From Zygnema circumcarinatum SAG 698-1b (taxonomy: Eukaryota; Plantae; Zygnematophyceae): DNA of 64,000 bases. Position 1 is the first letter of the stretch; each line of letters starts with the position of its first letter. The position numbers were made by a program, and so were the translations under genes. Shown here in pieces: positions 48,101-58,396 of this stretch. The notes beneath the pieces were generated by a model. That model did no database searches, was not told where the DNA came from, and saw only the letters and a list, made by a program, of their open reading frames with translations. The stretch spans positions 1,522,880 through 1,586,879 of the forward strand of contig CM074810.1 of NCBI GenBank assembly GCA_037447605.1. The letters are read 5' to 3'.

Positions 48101-51100
48101 CCCACTCCCTCTGCTGGCGATAGTACGGATTTAAACCCCCCGTTGAACGCATGCTCCTTATTAAAAGGCATAACATTTTTACAATATTCCACATCCTCCC
48201 GAAATGCATAATCCAAAGGTGCTCTAACTACTCTCTTGCTCCCACTCAAATTCTGAGGAGGAGTACACTCGCCCTTTAATGAATTCCCATCCGCAGACAA
48301 ACACCTTTTCTTGGTAGTGAGAGAATCAGAAACCCTAAGAAAATCATTCTCTGCCGAATTGGGGAGGCTAAACTTTCTGCTATTTCCAGCATCCTCTCGT
48401 TCTTTGGGCTGCTCCGTCATTGAGATCTGAACGCGTTCTTCGTGTGAAAAGTTGTCTGCAGGCGAGAAATCAAATCGTCGTACGGGAAAGGGAGAGGCTT
48501 TATTCAATGACATGTCTCTAAAATCCTGGCAGCCATGTAATAGCTCACTCCCTCTAATTCGGATGGGAGGATTTTCTGTCATATGTGGACTATTCTTCTC
48601 TGTATTTGTAGGTAGGTGGACAGTTCCATGTGAGGTGATATTATCAATAGAAACATCTTTTTCTAATGCTTTCTCCTTTAAAGGGTCCTTTCTCTCCGCA
48701 TTCAGAGCTGCAGCTTCTGCATTTGAGCCTCCATCTTTTCTAGCTAAGACATCTTGGCAGGCTTCAAAAGCTTCTTCCCAAAATCCATCTCCCGGAGAAG
48801 ACACGGAGCAACGATAGGCCCATTCTCTGCTTTTGTTGCCGCTACTCTTGCCAGAACTGTAGCTATTGATGCTTGAATTCTTCATAGGGTCTAACTGTCC
48901 TAACTGATTGGCTGAATCTTCTTTCACTGCTGGCCTACCATCGACAGAGTTGTCAGAGTTTTTGGAGTTTCTAGACTCGAAGGGTGAGTGCTTTGAGAAA
49001 GTTTCCGGTTTAGGATGTTTAAGATCTGGGGGAAATTCTCTAACTTTCCGACTGCAGGGAACTAGTGGCATATTTACAGGCAATTGGAAAGAGTGATCCC
49101 TAGCAGATCGTTTCTTGACAAAGGGGTCTCCCACTCTCCCTGGGGATTGAACTTCACGCTTATCTATTTCAAAATGCTCTACTTTCACCTCATCAGTGCT
49201 AGCATCGCCGTCGACATTTCCCTGTAAATAATGGGTTTCGCATCTCTCCTGCATTATCACCTCTCGCACTCGACCCATGCTATCATTCTCCTTCGTTGAG
49301 CGTAACTTGGCGTTGAAAGACACATTGTCGAGTCCATCTTCAATCAACGTAGTCAAGTTTGGAACAATGAGGCTCTTTGAATTGCTCAGTACATTCATGT
49401 CTCCGCCTTTCCAAATTCCTCCCTCCCCAGCATCCTCCCGGCAATTCACCATCTGGTTTGTGTTGAAAGCTTTGACAGCTTCGGTTCTATGTGGGCCTTC
49501 TATAGATCTGATTTGCGCCCCAGAGAACATTGCAAGATTTAGACCTCTAAGTTTCATACATGAAAGAATATGTTGAAATATGAAATAGTCTGCAACTCTG
49601 CAAATAGAAATGACAATGCAACTTTGTTTGAGGAAATGCAGAATGGGTTGTTCTTTTTGTCCTACTTCATTCGCCTCCATCCATGAGGCATTCATGGATA
49701 GATGGATGAGTTCCATAATGGACATCATATGTAAAACTTCGAAATAAAGATGTGCTGAACTCACCTGCAGAAGAAGTCCAGCATGTTGTTGACCTTTTGG
49801 GTCAAAGGAGGACTGGAAGATGCTCTCTCATAGAGCAGATTTTCTTCCTCTTCTTCCCTCTCTCCGCCTCTGCTTGTCAAACAAGTTTCTTCTTTACCCA
49901 AACACTTGAATCCCGACAAGGGTCTCACAGGCTTGCTGCAAGTCGACTCGCTTGATCCCGGTTGCTCTTCTGAGAGAGATTCAGTTCTGCCGGTCTTGAA
50001 AGGCAGAGGCAGGTTTTCAGTAATACAATGGTTAGTCACATTTTGAATGGGTCTATAACTCGGGTTAACTGCATCATACTCCTTTTCTTGAGGCTGAGCT
50101 CCTCCATTAGAACCTAAACTAGCTTCAGAACTTGCTAATAAACGACTTTCATTGACAAAGTTGAAGCCTTTGTTGGGCCAATAGTTACCCCCTTGACCGG
50201 GTCTTTTGGCTTCCTCAATATGGTTTTGATGCTGAAAAGACGGAACATGAGCTAAGGGGTCGCAATAGTGAATATTTCTGCTGGGAGGAGGTCCCTCGGA
50301 TTTGGCTCCAAAGAGGGCCGCAGGAGGAGAGTGTCTGATTTTCTTGGCGGAAAAAATCTGCAATAAGACAAGGAAATATGCATAAAGAAATGAATGAATT
50401 GTTCAAAGTCTTTCCTTTGTTTGACCATGCTAAGGGATTAATGCAAGAGAAAGTCAATAAAACAAGCGAGCTTTCATGTATATAACTGCTTTTGAAACTT
50501 TCGTTATTGGGAGAAAGAGAGAGAGAGAGAGGGAGAGAGATTAGAGAGAGATAGAGAAAAGGCTACTGCAATAAGTCGCCATTTCAGTCGACGATATTGG
50601 GGGAAACGACATATATAAATGATAATTAAGAATTAACGAGAATATGATAGCAGCAGAAGGATGAAGATGCCGCTTCCACCATTGCGAATGGTCCAACCAC
50701 GTCTGAATGCTGCGAAGGCTTTTAAAAATTTGATCCCCCTCTAGCAACATGTGACGCGACAACTGGCGAGAACTAAGTTTTTGGTTTTCAGTTTTCTCGG
50801 CAGTTAGGCTTGTTTGTTTGCTCGTTGAATTAATCTGAATCGCTTCGCGCATACCTTTCTCGTCTTCAATGACCCCCCTTCAAAAATACACTATGCGAAT
50901 GCCCTAAAAGGTGTGGCTTTAAATCGATAAAACATGTGGATGACAACAATGCTGCGCATCTACGAGGAGATTTTTTTTAACCTGAGGGCCTTAAAATGAA
51001 ATTTCTGTACTCCTAACCCCCTTTATTCATTCATCCTCTCCGTTCCAATCCTGAGACACACTACAACACTCTGAATCCTCAGCTTACAATCCCCCCATGT

Positions 51101-51353
51101 AAAAAGACCCTAAAAACTACAAAATCCCTAAATACCCAGACATCTGATCATTTCAGCATGCGCCCTTGCTCATGTGCCCTTGCTCATGCCATGCCATGCC
51201 ATGCCATGCCATGCCATGCCCTGCCATGCCATTCCATGCCCATGCCGTGCAGTGCAGTCTCACCTCCGTGAGGCCGACCTGCTTCCTCTTGGACGGCTTG
51301 GCAAAGCCCTGACTGCCGGACGGCAGCGCGCCCTGGCCCTGCGCGGCAGCCAT
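29564..51353 (-). CDS. POLQ: DNA polymerase theta (Hel308-like SF2 helicase plus family-A polymerase), plant TEBICHI; ~2,660 aa
   Basis: 27 phase-consistent exons: 51353-51264, 50357-49765, ~49507-47782 (acceptor uncertain), 47514-47450, 47176-47071, 46874-46674, 46354-46100, 45910-45749, 45188-44940, 44611-44399, 40439-40230, 39753-39541, 38902-38822, 38448-38230, 37894-37676, 37365-37251, 36758-36696, 36447-34985, 34605-34396, 33620-33364, 32906-32546, 32123-31998, 31836-31484, 30824-30716, 30284-30120, 29916-29820, 29631-29564. Helicase motifs: [37 protein letters not shown]. Polymerase motifs: [45 protein letters not shown]. Confidence 0.96.
34617..34930 (+). repeat. Interstitial telomere-variant array: (TTTAGGG)3 then ~22 x TTTGGGG, decaying into degenerate units
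   Basis: TTTAGGG x3 at 34621-34641 and TTTGGGG units to ~34795, with TTTGGAG variants at 34656 and 34726. Lies in the POLQ intron 34606-34984. Confidence 0.9.
39391..39540 (+). repeat. 25-bp minisatellite x6 starting at a POLQ 5' splice site
   Basis: CGTTA landmark at 39396, 39421, 39446, 39470, 39495 and 39520; unit TTTTCGTTATTGGGTATTCTCCCAT. Confidence 0.92.
40444..44302 (+). repeat. 3,859-bp near-pure homopurine tract (GGGA/GGA repeats) filling a POLQ intron
   Basis: Continuous G/A with only scattered T/C and no N gap. It occupies almost the entire intron 40440-44398. Confidence 0.93.
46366..46542 (-). repeat. 12-bp minisatellite (GTGAGTGATGTT / ATGAGTGATGTT) x~15 just upstream of a POLQ acceptor
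   Basis: The + strand reads AACATCACTCA(C/T) in tandem; the array ends 11 nt from the exon start at 46354. Confidence 0.92.
51185..51245 (-). repeat. (GGCAT)n tract near the 5' end of POLQ intron 1
   Basis: The + strand reads ...CATGCCATGCCATGCCATGCC..., starting ~20 nt inside the intron after the donor at 51263. Confidence 0.85.
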
Positions 51354-51453
51354 GGCTGGCGAGCCCTCTGAGGGTGGATTCTGCAAGCGAGCGCGCTTTC
51401 TCATAAGAGGAAAGCGCTGCTGCACTGGCACCTTTTCTTCACAGGGGTCTCGT

Positions 51454-51507
51454 CCAATGGCGAACTGCCACGTGCGCACAATTCTCCACGTGGCGCGTTG
51501 TTATTGG
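51454..51507. promoter_or_regulatory. Inverted double CCAAT-N9-CCACG module (both halves perfect) in the POLQ proximal promoter
   Basis: CCAAT-ggcgaactg-CCACG-N16-CGTGG-cgcgttgtt-ATTGG, 100-155 bp upstream of the ATG at 51353; both halves contain CACGTG. Confidence 0.55.
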
Positions 51508-51567
51508 ATAATGCTAGGACGTAAGTGCGTAAATGGAAGGGCCTCGCCGTACGGTACTCTTCGTACG

Positions 51568-52240
51568 GGAAAATTCTATTCTCACACCTTTTTGCGTTGC
51601 CGTAGGCAAAAGCTTTGCGGTCGTTTTGATCCGTACGACGGGTTCGATTTATTAAAGATTAATGTAATGAAAATGGGGTATAGTTGCCTCGAGTCTGACG
51701 TTGCCACGTCGCACGTCCTGATTGGTTGCGTTTTGTTGGATCGAATGCGCAGAAAATGGGGTATATTGCGTACTTATTGTGTCATTTCCTCGTGTCGTTT
51801 TGTACGTACCGCGGCGTTCGATTTTGATGTTTTATGTGGTGTACGGATTCGGTTAGGTTGTGAATGATGAATTTAATGAAAATGGGGTATAGTTGCCGCG
51901 AGTCTGACGTTGCCACGTCGCGCGTCCTGATTGGTTGTGCGTTTCGTTGGATCGAATGCGCAGAAAATGGGGTATATTGCGTTCCCATTCTGTCATTGCC
52001 ACGTGTCGATACTTCGTGCGACGGCGTTCGATTTTGATGTTTTATGTGGTGTACGGATTCGGTTAGGTTGTGAATGATGAATTTAATGAAAATGGGGTAT
52101 AGTTTCCGCGAGTCTGACGTTGCCACGTCGCGCGTCATGATTGGTTGTGTGTTTCGTCGGATTTAATGCGTAGAAAATGTGGTATATCTCGTACCGATTC
52201 TGTGATTGCCACGTGTCGTTTTCTATGTACGACAGTTTGT
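51568..52240 (+). repeat. ~210-bp tandem repeat (~3 copies) with a lead-in; a dispersed copy lies at ~56655-56960
   Basis: AATGAAAATGGGGTATAG landmark at 51666, 51875 and 52085. The lead-in TTTTTGCGTTGCCGTAGGCAAAAGC plus one unit recurs at ~56670-56950. Confidence 0.88.
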
Positions 52241-52611
52241 GGTTATGATGTTTTACGGGACGTATTGTTGGAAATAGGGTATTTGCGTAGCGTGTTTAAA
52301 GTGGCCACGTGGTGCATTCCTATTGGTTAGCACGAACGGAATTAGTTATACTTCTTATCCAGTCAGAAATTGCCACGTTGGTTCTGTAGTGTGTTTTTGG
52401 ATGTTTGTTATCCAATCAGGTGTGGCCACGTAGCCCTAAAATGGGAAAAAAACCAAAAAAAAACCACACACAAACTGCTACGACAGAATGTGGCCACATT
52501 CTGTTTTCGCAGTTTGTGTGTGGTTTTAAAAAAAAAACAATCTAAATATTACAACATTTGGCCTTATGTTGTAATATTGAGAGAGTTTTTTTTTTTTTTT
52601 GTTTGTAAAAG

Positions 52612-52647
<36 letters not shown>

Positions 52648-52775
52648 TTTTTGTTGTGTTTTTGTTGTTTTTTTTTGTTGTTTGTGGTTGTTGTGTGCGT
52701 TGTTTTTTTTTTTTTGTGAAAGTCACACACGAAAATACACAATCACAAACACTCACACACACACACACACACACT

Positions 52776-53806
52776 TGTTGTTGCAGCGCCCTCCCTTGGT
52801 GGGGCTGCCACTTCTCCTCTACCTTGGGTAGAACTCGACATCTTCAATGAATTGCTCAATCACACAAAGCACACTAAATGCAAGAGAACAACTCAGCGGA
52901 AATATGAAAATGTAAGGAGAAAGCCACCAGCCTAAAACTCCTTAAGATAAAGATGAAATACAACTTGACAACACTAGAGCCAAGCTTCAAGCACCTCTTC
53001 TCAAGCTACGTGAATAAACCACCCACTACAAGCTGAACTCTTCCCACTATCTTCTTGGCCCTAAGCAAGATAGCCTCACTCCCCAATGTGAGTCACGAGA
53101 AGGTTAACTTCTACCAAACAATCTAACCCTTAAATACAATATGGCGCCAATAGTGACATTGTCACGTCACGGCCGCACATGCAACGCCTTGCAAGACCCT
53201 TATCCCGATCCTAATCTCGCGCCGTCGGATCCTCCTCAGCTTGCACGGATCCAGCACATCAATGCCGTCAGATCCGCCTCAGCCTTATCTCCATCCGAGT
53301 CCTCCACCGTAGGATCTGACTCCTCATTACTTGGCGTCATGTGGGACCCCGTAAGCCTACGAGCGCCACCGACCTAGGCCGTACAGGCCTTCCCTTTCAC
53401 CCGACACGTGGCGCCTTCCGATTCGCCACTGTCCTCCAAATGAATCATTGCTGACTCCGTACCTTGTCAGTTCTGCTCCGCGCGCTGATTCGCGCCGCGT
53501 CACTTCTCGATTTGTCGCGTCGCGCCACGTCACATCTGACTCCGCCACGCCGCGCCGCGCCACCGACCAATGTCCGTACATTCGAGGTCCTGGCCTTACA
53601 AATCGTACCACTGATTTGCTGCACCGACATTCTGATGCCTTGCCTTGCCAAATCAGACTCTGCGCGCTATACGCACACCCCTTAAAGACTTGTACGGTCA
53701 CTTAGACGGTTCGCCGTACAATGTAGACATAATGAGCACACCCCTCCTTAGAACTTAGTACCAACAACTTAGTGTACAACTAGTTCCTAACTACTTTACA
53801 CTAACA
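52776..53806 (-). mobile_element. Solo LTR (1,031 bp) inserted in a (CA)n microsatellite
   Basis: TGTTG...TAACA termini with a 5-bp target-site duplication ACACT (52771-52775 and 53807-53811). Shares blocks with the Copia LTR at 62163-63086 (TGTTAGTGT start on the - strand, CCGTACAATGT, TAAATAC...GTGACAT...TGTCACGTCACG). Confidence 0.8.
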
Positions 53807-53810
53807 ACAC

Positions 53811-53847
53811 TCTCACACACACACACACCCACACACACACACACACT

Positions 53848-53904
<57 letters not shown>

Positions 53905-53907
53905 CAC
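53811..53907 (+). repeat. (CA)n microsatellite, right part; the left part lies at ~52752-52774
   Basis: Long AC dinucleotide run flanking the solo LTR on both sides. Confidence 0.95.
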
Positions 53908-54190
53908 AAGTACAAACCTTTTTTCATCACGATCTTATGTTTCCGAAATTTTTTCGATTTTTTCGCACATCGTCATCTCCAGGACCGGGTCCTTCCGAAA
54001 TCTGTCCATGGTTATTTGCTATACAATACATGAGTGTGAGCGTAAGTACGAACCTTTTTTCATCACGATCTTATGTTTCCGAAATTTTTTCGATTTTTTT
54101 GAACATCGCCATCTCTAGGACCGGGTCCTTCCGAAATCTGTCCATGGTTATTTGCTATACAACACATAAGTGAAGCGTAAGTACGAACGT
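53908..54190 (+). repeat. 136-bp tandem duplication (2 copies)
   Basis: CATCACGATCTTATGTTTCCGAAATTTTTTCG at 53925 and 54061; GGACCGGGTCCTTCCGAAATCTGTCCATGG is present in both copies. Confidence 0.88.
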
Positions 54191-54315
54191 TATGTACATC
54201 ATGATGTCATTTTTATCATGTTTATTTTTATTTTTTTTTTGGTTATTTCGAAAACTTCCAAATGTCCAAATTTTCACATGTCCAGGATTTCAAAATGTCC
54301 AGCGATTTCTCTTTT

Positions 54316-54470
54316 AAGTCCAAAGGACTGTATCTTTAAAGTCCAGAGGACTGTGTCTTTTAAGTCCAGAGGACTGTATCTTTTAAGTCCAGAGGACTGT
54401 ATCTTTTAAGTCCAGAGGACTGTATCTTTTAAGTCGGAGAATTTGTATTCTTTAAGTCGGAGAATTTGTG
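54316..54470 (+). repeat. 23-bp tandem repeat (AAGTCCAGAGGACTGTATCTTTT) x~5 plus 2 diverged copies
   Basis: Direct reading; each unit contains the internal inverted repeat AGTCC-aga-GGACT. Confidence 0.88.
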
Positions 54471-56966
54471 ACTATGGGCCGGACAACCTAACTGACTGAC
54501 TGACTGGCCGACTGACTGACTGACTATGGACGGACAACCTAACTGACTGGTGACTGGCGGTAGTGTGGAACTGCTTATTGACTTGGTGTGGTGTGAGGCC
54601 AGTTCGCGGGTGGCTGAAATGGTAAATAGGCCAGTGACTTGTTAGTTAGTAGCCTCCCTCAACACCCTCGTTCCTCCTCCTCCTTCCTCAACACCCTCTC
54701 GTTTCTCTTCCTTCGCTCTTCCACCATTGTCCCTTTCACCACACTCCATGTTCCTTCTCCCTCCTTCCTCCTTCCTCCTCCTCCTCCACCAATCATTATT
54801 TTTCGGTTTTTCGCATTTCTCTGGTAGGAAGAAATGCAGCAAGAGCTGCAGCAGCAGAAAGGCAGAGAATTCGCAGCGACATAAGTGTTGGTTATACTGC
54901 CTTCCCTCACTCACACATGCCAACCCCCTCCCTCCTTCAACACCAAATTCAACGCAAAAACCTCCCCTTCGCCCTCAACCTCACCTCTCAGGGGCGTGGG
55001 CCGCAAAAGAAAACCTCGGCACGCGTCACTCGTCCTCTTCACTCCCTCCTCCCCCCCTCCCCTCCTCCTGGAGTTGCGGCTCCTACTCGGATTTCCATGG
55101 CTGCCCCCCTCCCCCTTCAAAGGCCTCCTCCCTTCCGGTGGGGCATCCAAAGGGCCCTCCTCATCCTTTCACCACACTCCATGTTCCTCAGCGACATAAG
55201 TGTTGGTTCTGATGGAATTCCGAACAAAACGGCGGCAAGCACCACCGGCAACTCTTCGGCTAGGCAGAGTGTAAAATGGAAATTCGGGGAGGGCGTGAAG
55301 AATAGGGAAGATGATAATGCGGTTGTTCCGTAGCGTTTAAGTCATCGAAGCGTCGTCGGCGGCACCGTCTGGTGTAGCTTGGCTGTTGGCTCTATTTCGG
55401 CTCTCCTTTTTGCGTTTTTGTAATCAGCGGATTGTGGGTTGTGATGCAGCGACGCAGCGTGGTAGCCCAGCGGCTCCGCGCGGCGTCACATTCTGTGATT
55501 AATGCAGCGGCGAGGATGCGTGCGTCATGTTAATCAATAGAGGCGGTCGGTGGTGCAAAATTCGCGGCCAGCAGCGTCGCGACACGGCGGCGTCGTTTAT
55601 CGACCATAGCAGCATCACGGTAACCTTGAATCGGCAGCGGCCGACCAGCGGCAGCGCCACCAAAAGCGAGCAATACTTGAGTAGGCGAAACAGCGATGGC
55701 GAGCGCCCGCGTGGCTCTTGTAGCGATGGCGGTTATGCGCCGTGGCGGGATCCGTCGCAGTATCGCGTAGGAGTATCCCCAGCGGAGTTCACCAGCCGTT
55801 CCGGCCGGGTGGAATTCGCCGATAATGGCGCCAGTATGGCCTTGTAGCGTCTTACATTTCCACCCAGCGGCGTCGTTAAATCACGACTTGTAGCATCGGC
55901 CTTATGGCCGAATCGTGTGGCCAAACCCGGACCCAACTGTTGACTTCCGTATTAACTTTCCTTTTTCGAGTCGATTTTTGTTGGCCCTTGTGAGCGAAGC
56001 GGCGAGAAAAGAAGCGTCGGTCGCCTCCGAATGCCGACTCTGAGAATCAAGTGGTTACGTAATGGACCACTCGTAAGTGATCGCGAATCTGAGCGAGCGA
56101 ACATCTGAACAGCGGTAGGAAAATGGCGAAAAGACACGGCGGTCAAAGGATCTAGCGGGAGAGCTGTCCGGTAGGTCAACCCGTCAGCCCGTCACCGTCT
56201 TGTACTTGAAACAGCTGTATTTGGACAATCGTTGTGGGCCGGATGTGGGTCCATTTTTATGCGATTTTGTAATCGCGGGATTGTGATTGTCGGTTGTGAT
56301 ACTTGAAACAGGATGTTTGTACGGTATGTGTTGGTAAACCGTAGCGGCTTGTGTTGTCAAACTATGGACCGCATAAGATTTGGAATGGTTCGATTAATGA
56401 CGCCGAAGCTTGATCATCGTGTTGGTTAAATTAAAACCGCTCGCGTCTTAGTGTCGTGTTTGTGAGATCTTTATTATGACTCTATTTGTAGTTTGACAAA
56501 CGGTAGCCGTTGCCGAATCCATTGTTACGACAGCCTTATTTGATGTGACTTAACAAATAGTTTTGTTCGTTGATCATTTGCGTTCAGTTCGGCTTGGACG
56601 TCGTTGGTTTCTGCTGTGCCAAGCTACGTGGAATTTCTGTCACTTCATCACGGTACAAATCTAACCTCCCTTTTTTGCGTTGCCGTAGGCAAAAGCTTAG
56701 TCATCGTTTTGATCCGTACGACGGGTTCGATTATGTTGTCAAAGATTAATTTAATGGAAATGGGGTATAGTTGCCGCGAGTCTGACGTTGCCACGTCGCG
56801 CGTGCTGATTGGTTGTGCGTTTCGTTGGATCGAATGCGCAGAAAATGGGGTATATCGCGTTCCGATTCTGTCATTGCCACGGGTCGTTTTCTACGTACGA
56901 CAGCGTTCGATTTTGATGTTTTATGTGGCGTACGGATTCGATTAGGTTGTCAAAGATGGATTTAAT

Positions 56967-58396
56967 GAAGGGTAGTGATATTTCCACCCCTTTTTTGGAT
57001 CCAAACACCCCTTCCCGGCCGGGCAGATTTCAAAAAGGATTAAAAACGGAAAATGCTTTTTTCACACCTTTTTGGAATCGATACCCACCCTCCATCAGCA
57101 GATTTTATTTTTGCGAAACAAGGAAATAACCCGTCACCCCATTTTGAATATCTCGCCTACCTGATTTTTTTTTCACGCGTGCGGTCAATCACAGCCGTCG
57201 ATTCCCTCGCAGATCGCAACACGGCAGATCACTATTTGCCCTGCAGCCGGGCTCGGTCACAGCGAATGGCACGTGCCCACGTATCCCGCCAAACTCGTCT
57301 CAACATTTTGTCCGTACAAATGTCGTACGGTCGCAACTTTGAGGAACCCAATATTTCGTACATTGAGAGCTTATACCAATCAAAGTTTTCCACGTCAAAA
57401 TATTAACACGTGGCAGATGTTGATTGGCTGAGAGATGACAATGGCACGAGATCTCGGGCCGAGGGCACGCGCGCACTCGCACGTGCGATCCGGCTTTGGC
57501 GGGACTCGTGGGCNNNNNNNNNNGGCAGGGGAGGGGAGGGGAGCGGCCGGGAGGGGCGGGAAAGAAATATTCAAAAAAGGGGGGCGATCTCCTCCCGAAA
57601 AATCCAAAATGGGGGAGGGGGGCAGAATAGCCGAAATGGGAGGGTCGGATTTCAAAAAAACAGTGGAGGGATAACCAAAAAAGGGGGGCGGTATATAGTT
57701 CTCCATATATTCGATTGGTTTGGAATTTGTGTACGTGCCCACGTGTCCCGCCAATGCCGACTGGCCCGTGCTAGAGCGCGCGTCCCTCGGCCCGAGATCT
57801 CCGCAAAATTATGAGCTGGACCGGCCAGCCTGCAGCGGCTCGCCATACTAGCAGCCAATCACCATATGCCACGTGTTATTATCAAGGACGTGGCTTCTTT
57901 TAATTGGCGCAGGGTCTAATAGAAATTACGGTATTTCGCCTTTCCGAAGCTGATAACCGTATGAAAGTTTCCCTGTTTGATAACCGTAGAGCTTTTGTTA
58001 CAGAACCACTTTGAGCCGGATTTGTTGGGACACGTGGGCACGTGCCATTCGCTGGACCGAGCCCGACTGCAGATCGAACGGCGATCTGCCGTGGTGCAAT
58101 CTGGGAGTTAGTCGACGGCGGAGATTCACCACATGTGTGAAGGACGCACACCCGCGAACGATCTCGTGGCGGACGGATCTTCCGCTCCGAGCGGATTCGG
58201 GCAAGCCGGTTCTTTTTCTCACCAAAAAAGAAATTAGAGGTAAAATCTGACCGACGGAAAAAGGTTTGTATCGATTACAGAAAGGTGTGAAAAAAGCATT
58301 TTTCGTTTTTAATCCTTTTTTTTCTAAAATAGAACCTGCCCGACGAAACAAGGTCTGTGTGTAGACAAAAAAGGTGTGAAAATAGAATTTTCCTTC
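56967..58396. mobile_element. Foldback/Mutator-like non-autonomous element with long imperfect inverted arms
   Basis: ~57015-57295 is the reverse complement of ~58015-58345 (e.g. AAAAGGATTAAAAACGGAAAATGCTTTTTTCACACCTTT; GGGCTCGGTCACAGCGAATGGCACGTGCCCACG). ~57376-57513 mirrors ~57735-57907. No transposase and no clean TSD. Confidence 0.68.

Noticed and set aside
49508-49764. 5' extension of the 664-aa ORF as coding
   Set aside because: It lies immediately after the donor at 49764 and is AT-rich, so it is treated as intron. The exact acceptor (49597 or 49507) is unresolved.
51398-51409. SOG1-type CTT-N7-AAG site in the POLQ promoter
   Set aside because: The sequence is CTT-N6-AAG, so the spacing is wrong.
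54316-54470. CRISPR-like array
   Set aside because: The repeats are head to tail with no unique spacers, and the context is eukaryotic with no cas genes. The same applies to 39391-39540.
54605-54650. tRNA-like A-box (GTGGCTGAAATGGTAAA)
   Set aside because: No B-box/T-loop or acceptor stem downstream.
55200-56300. GC-rich block as rDNA or a captured gene
   Set aside because: No rRNA signature and no recognisable peptide or splice structure in the short ORFs.
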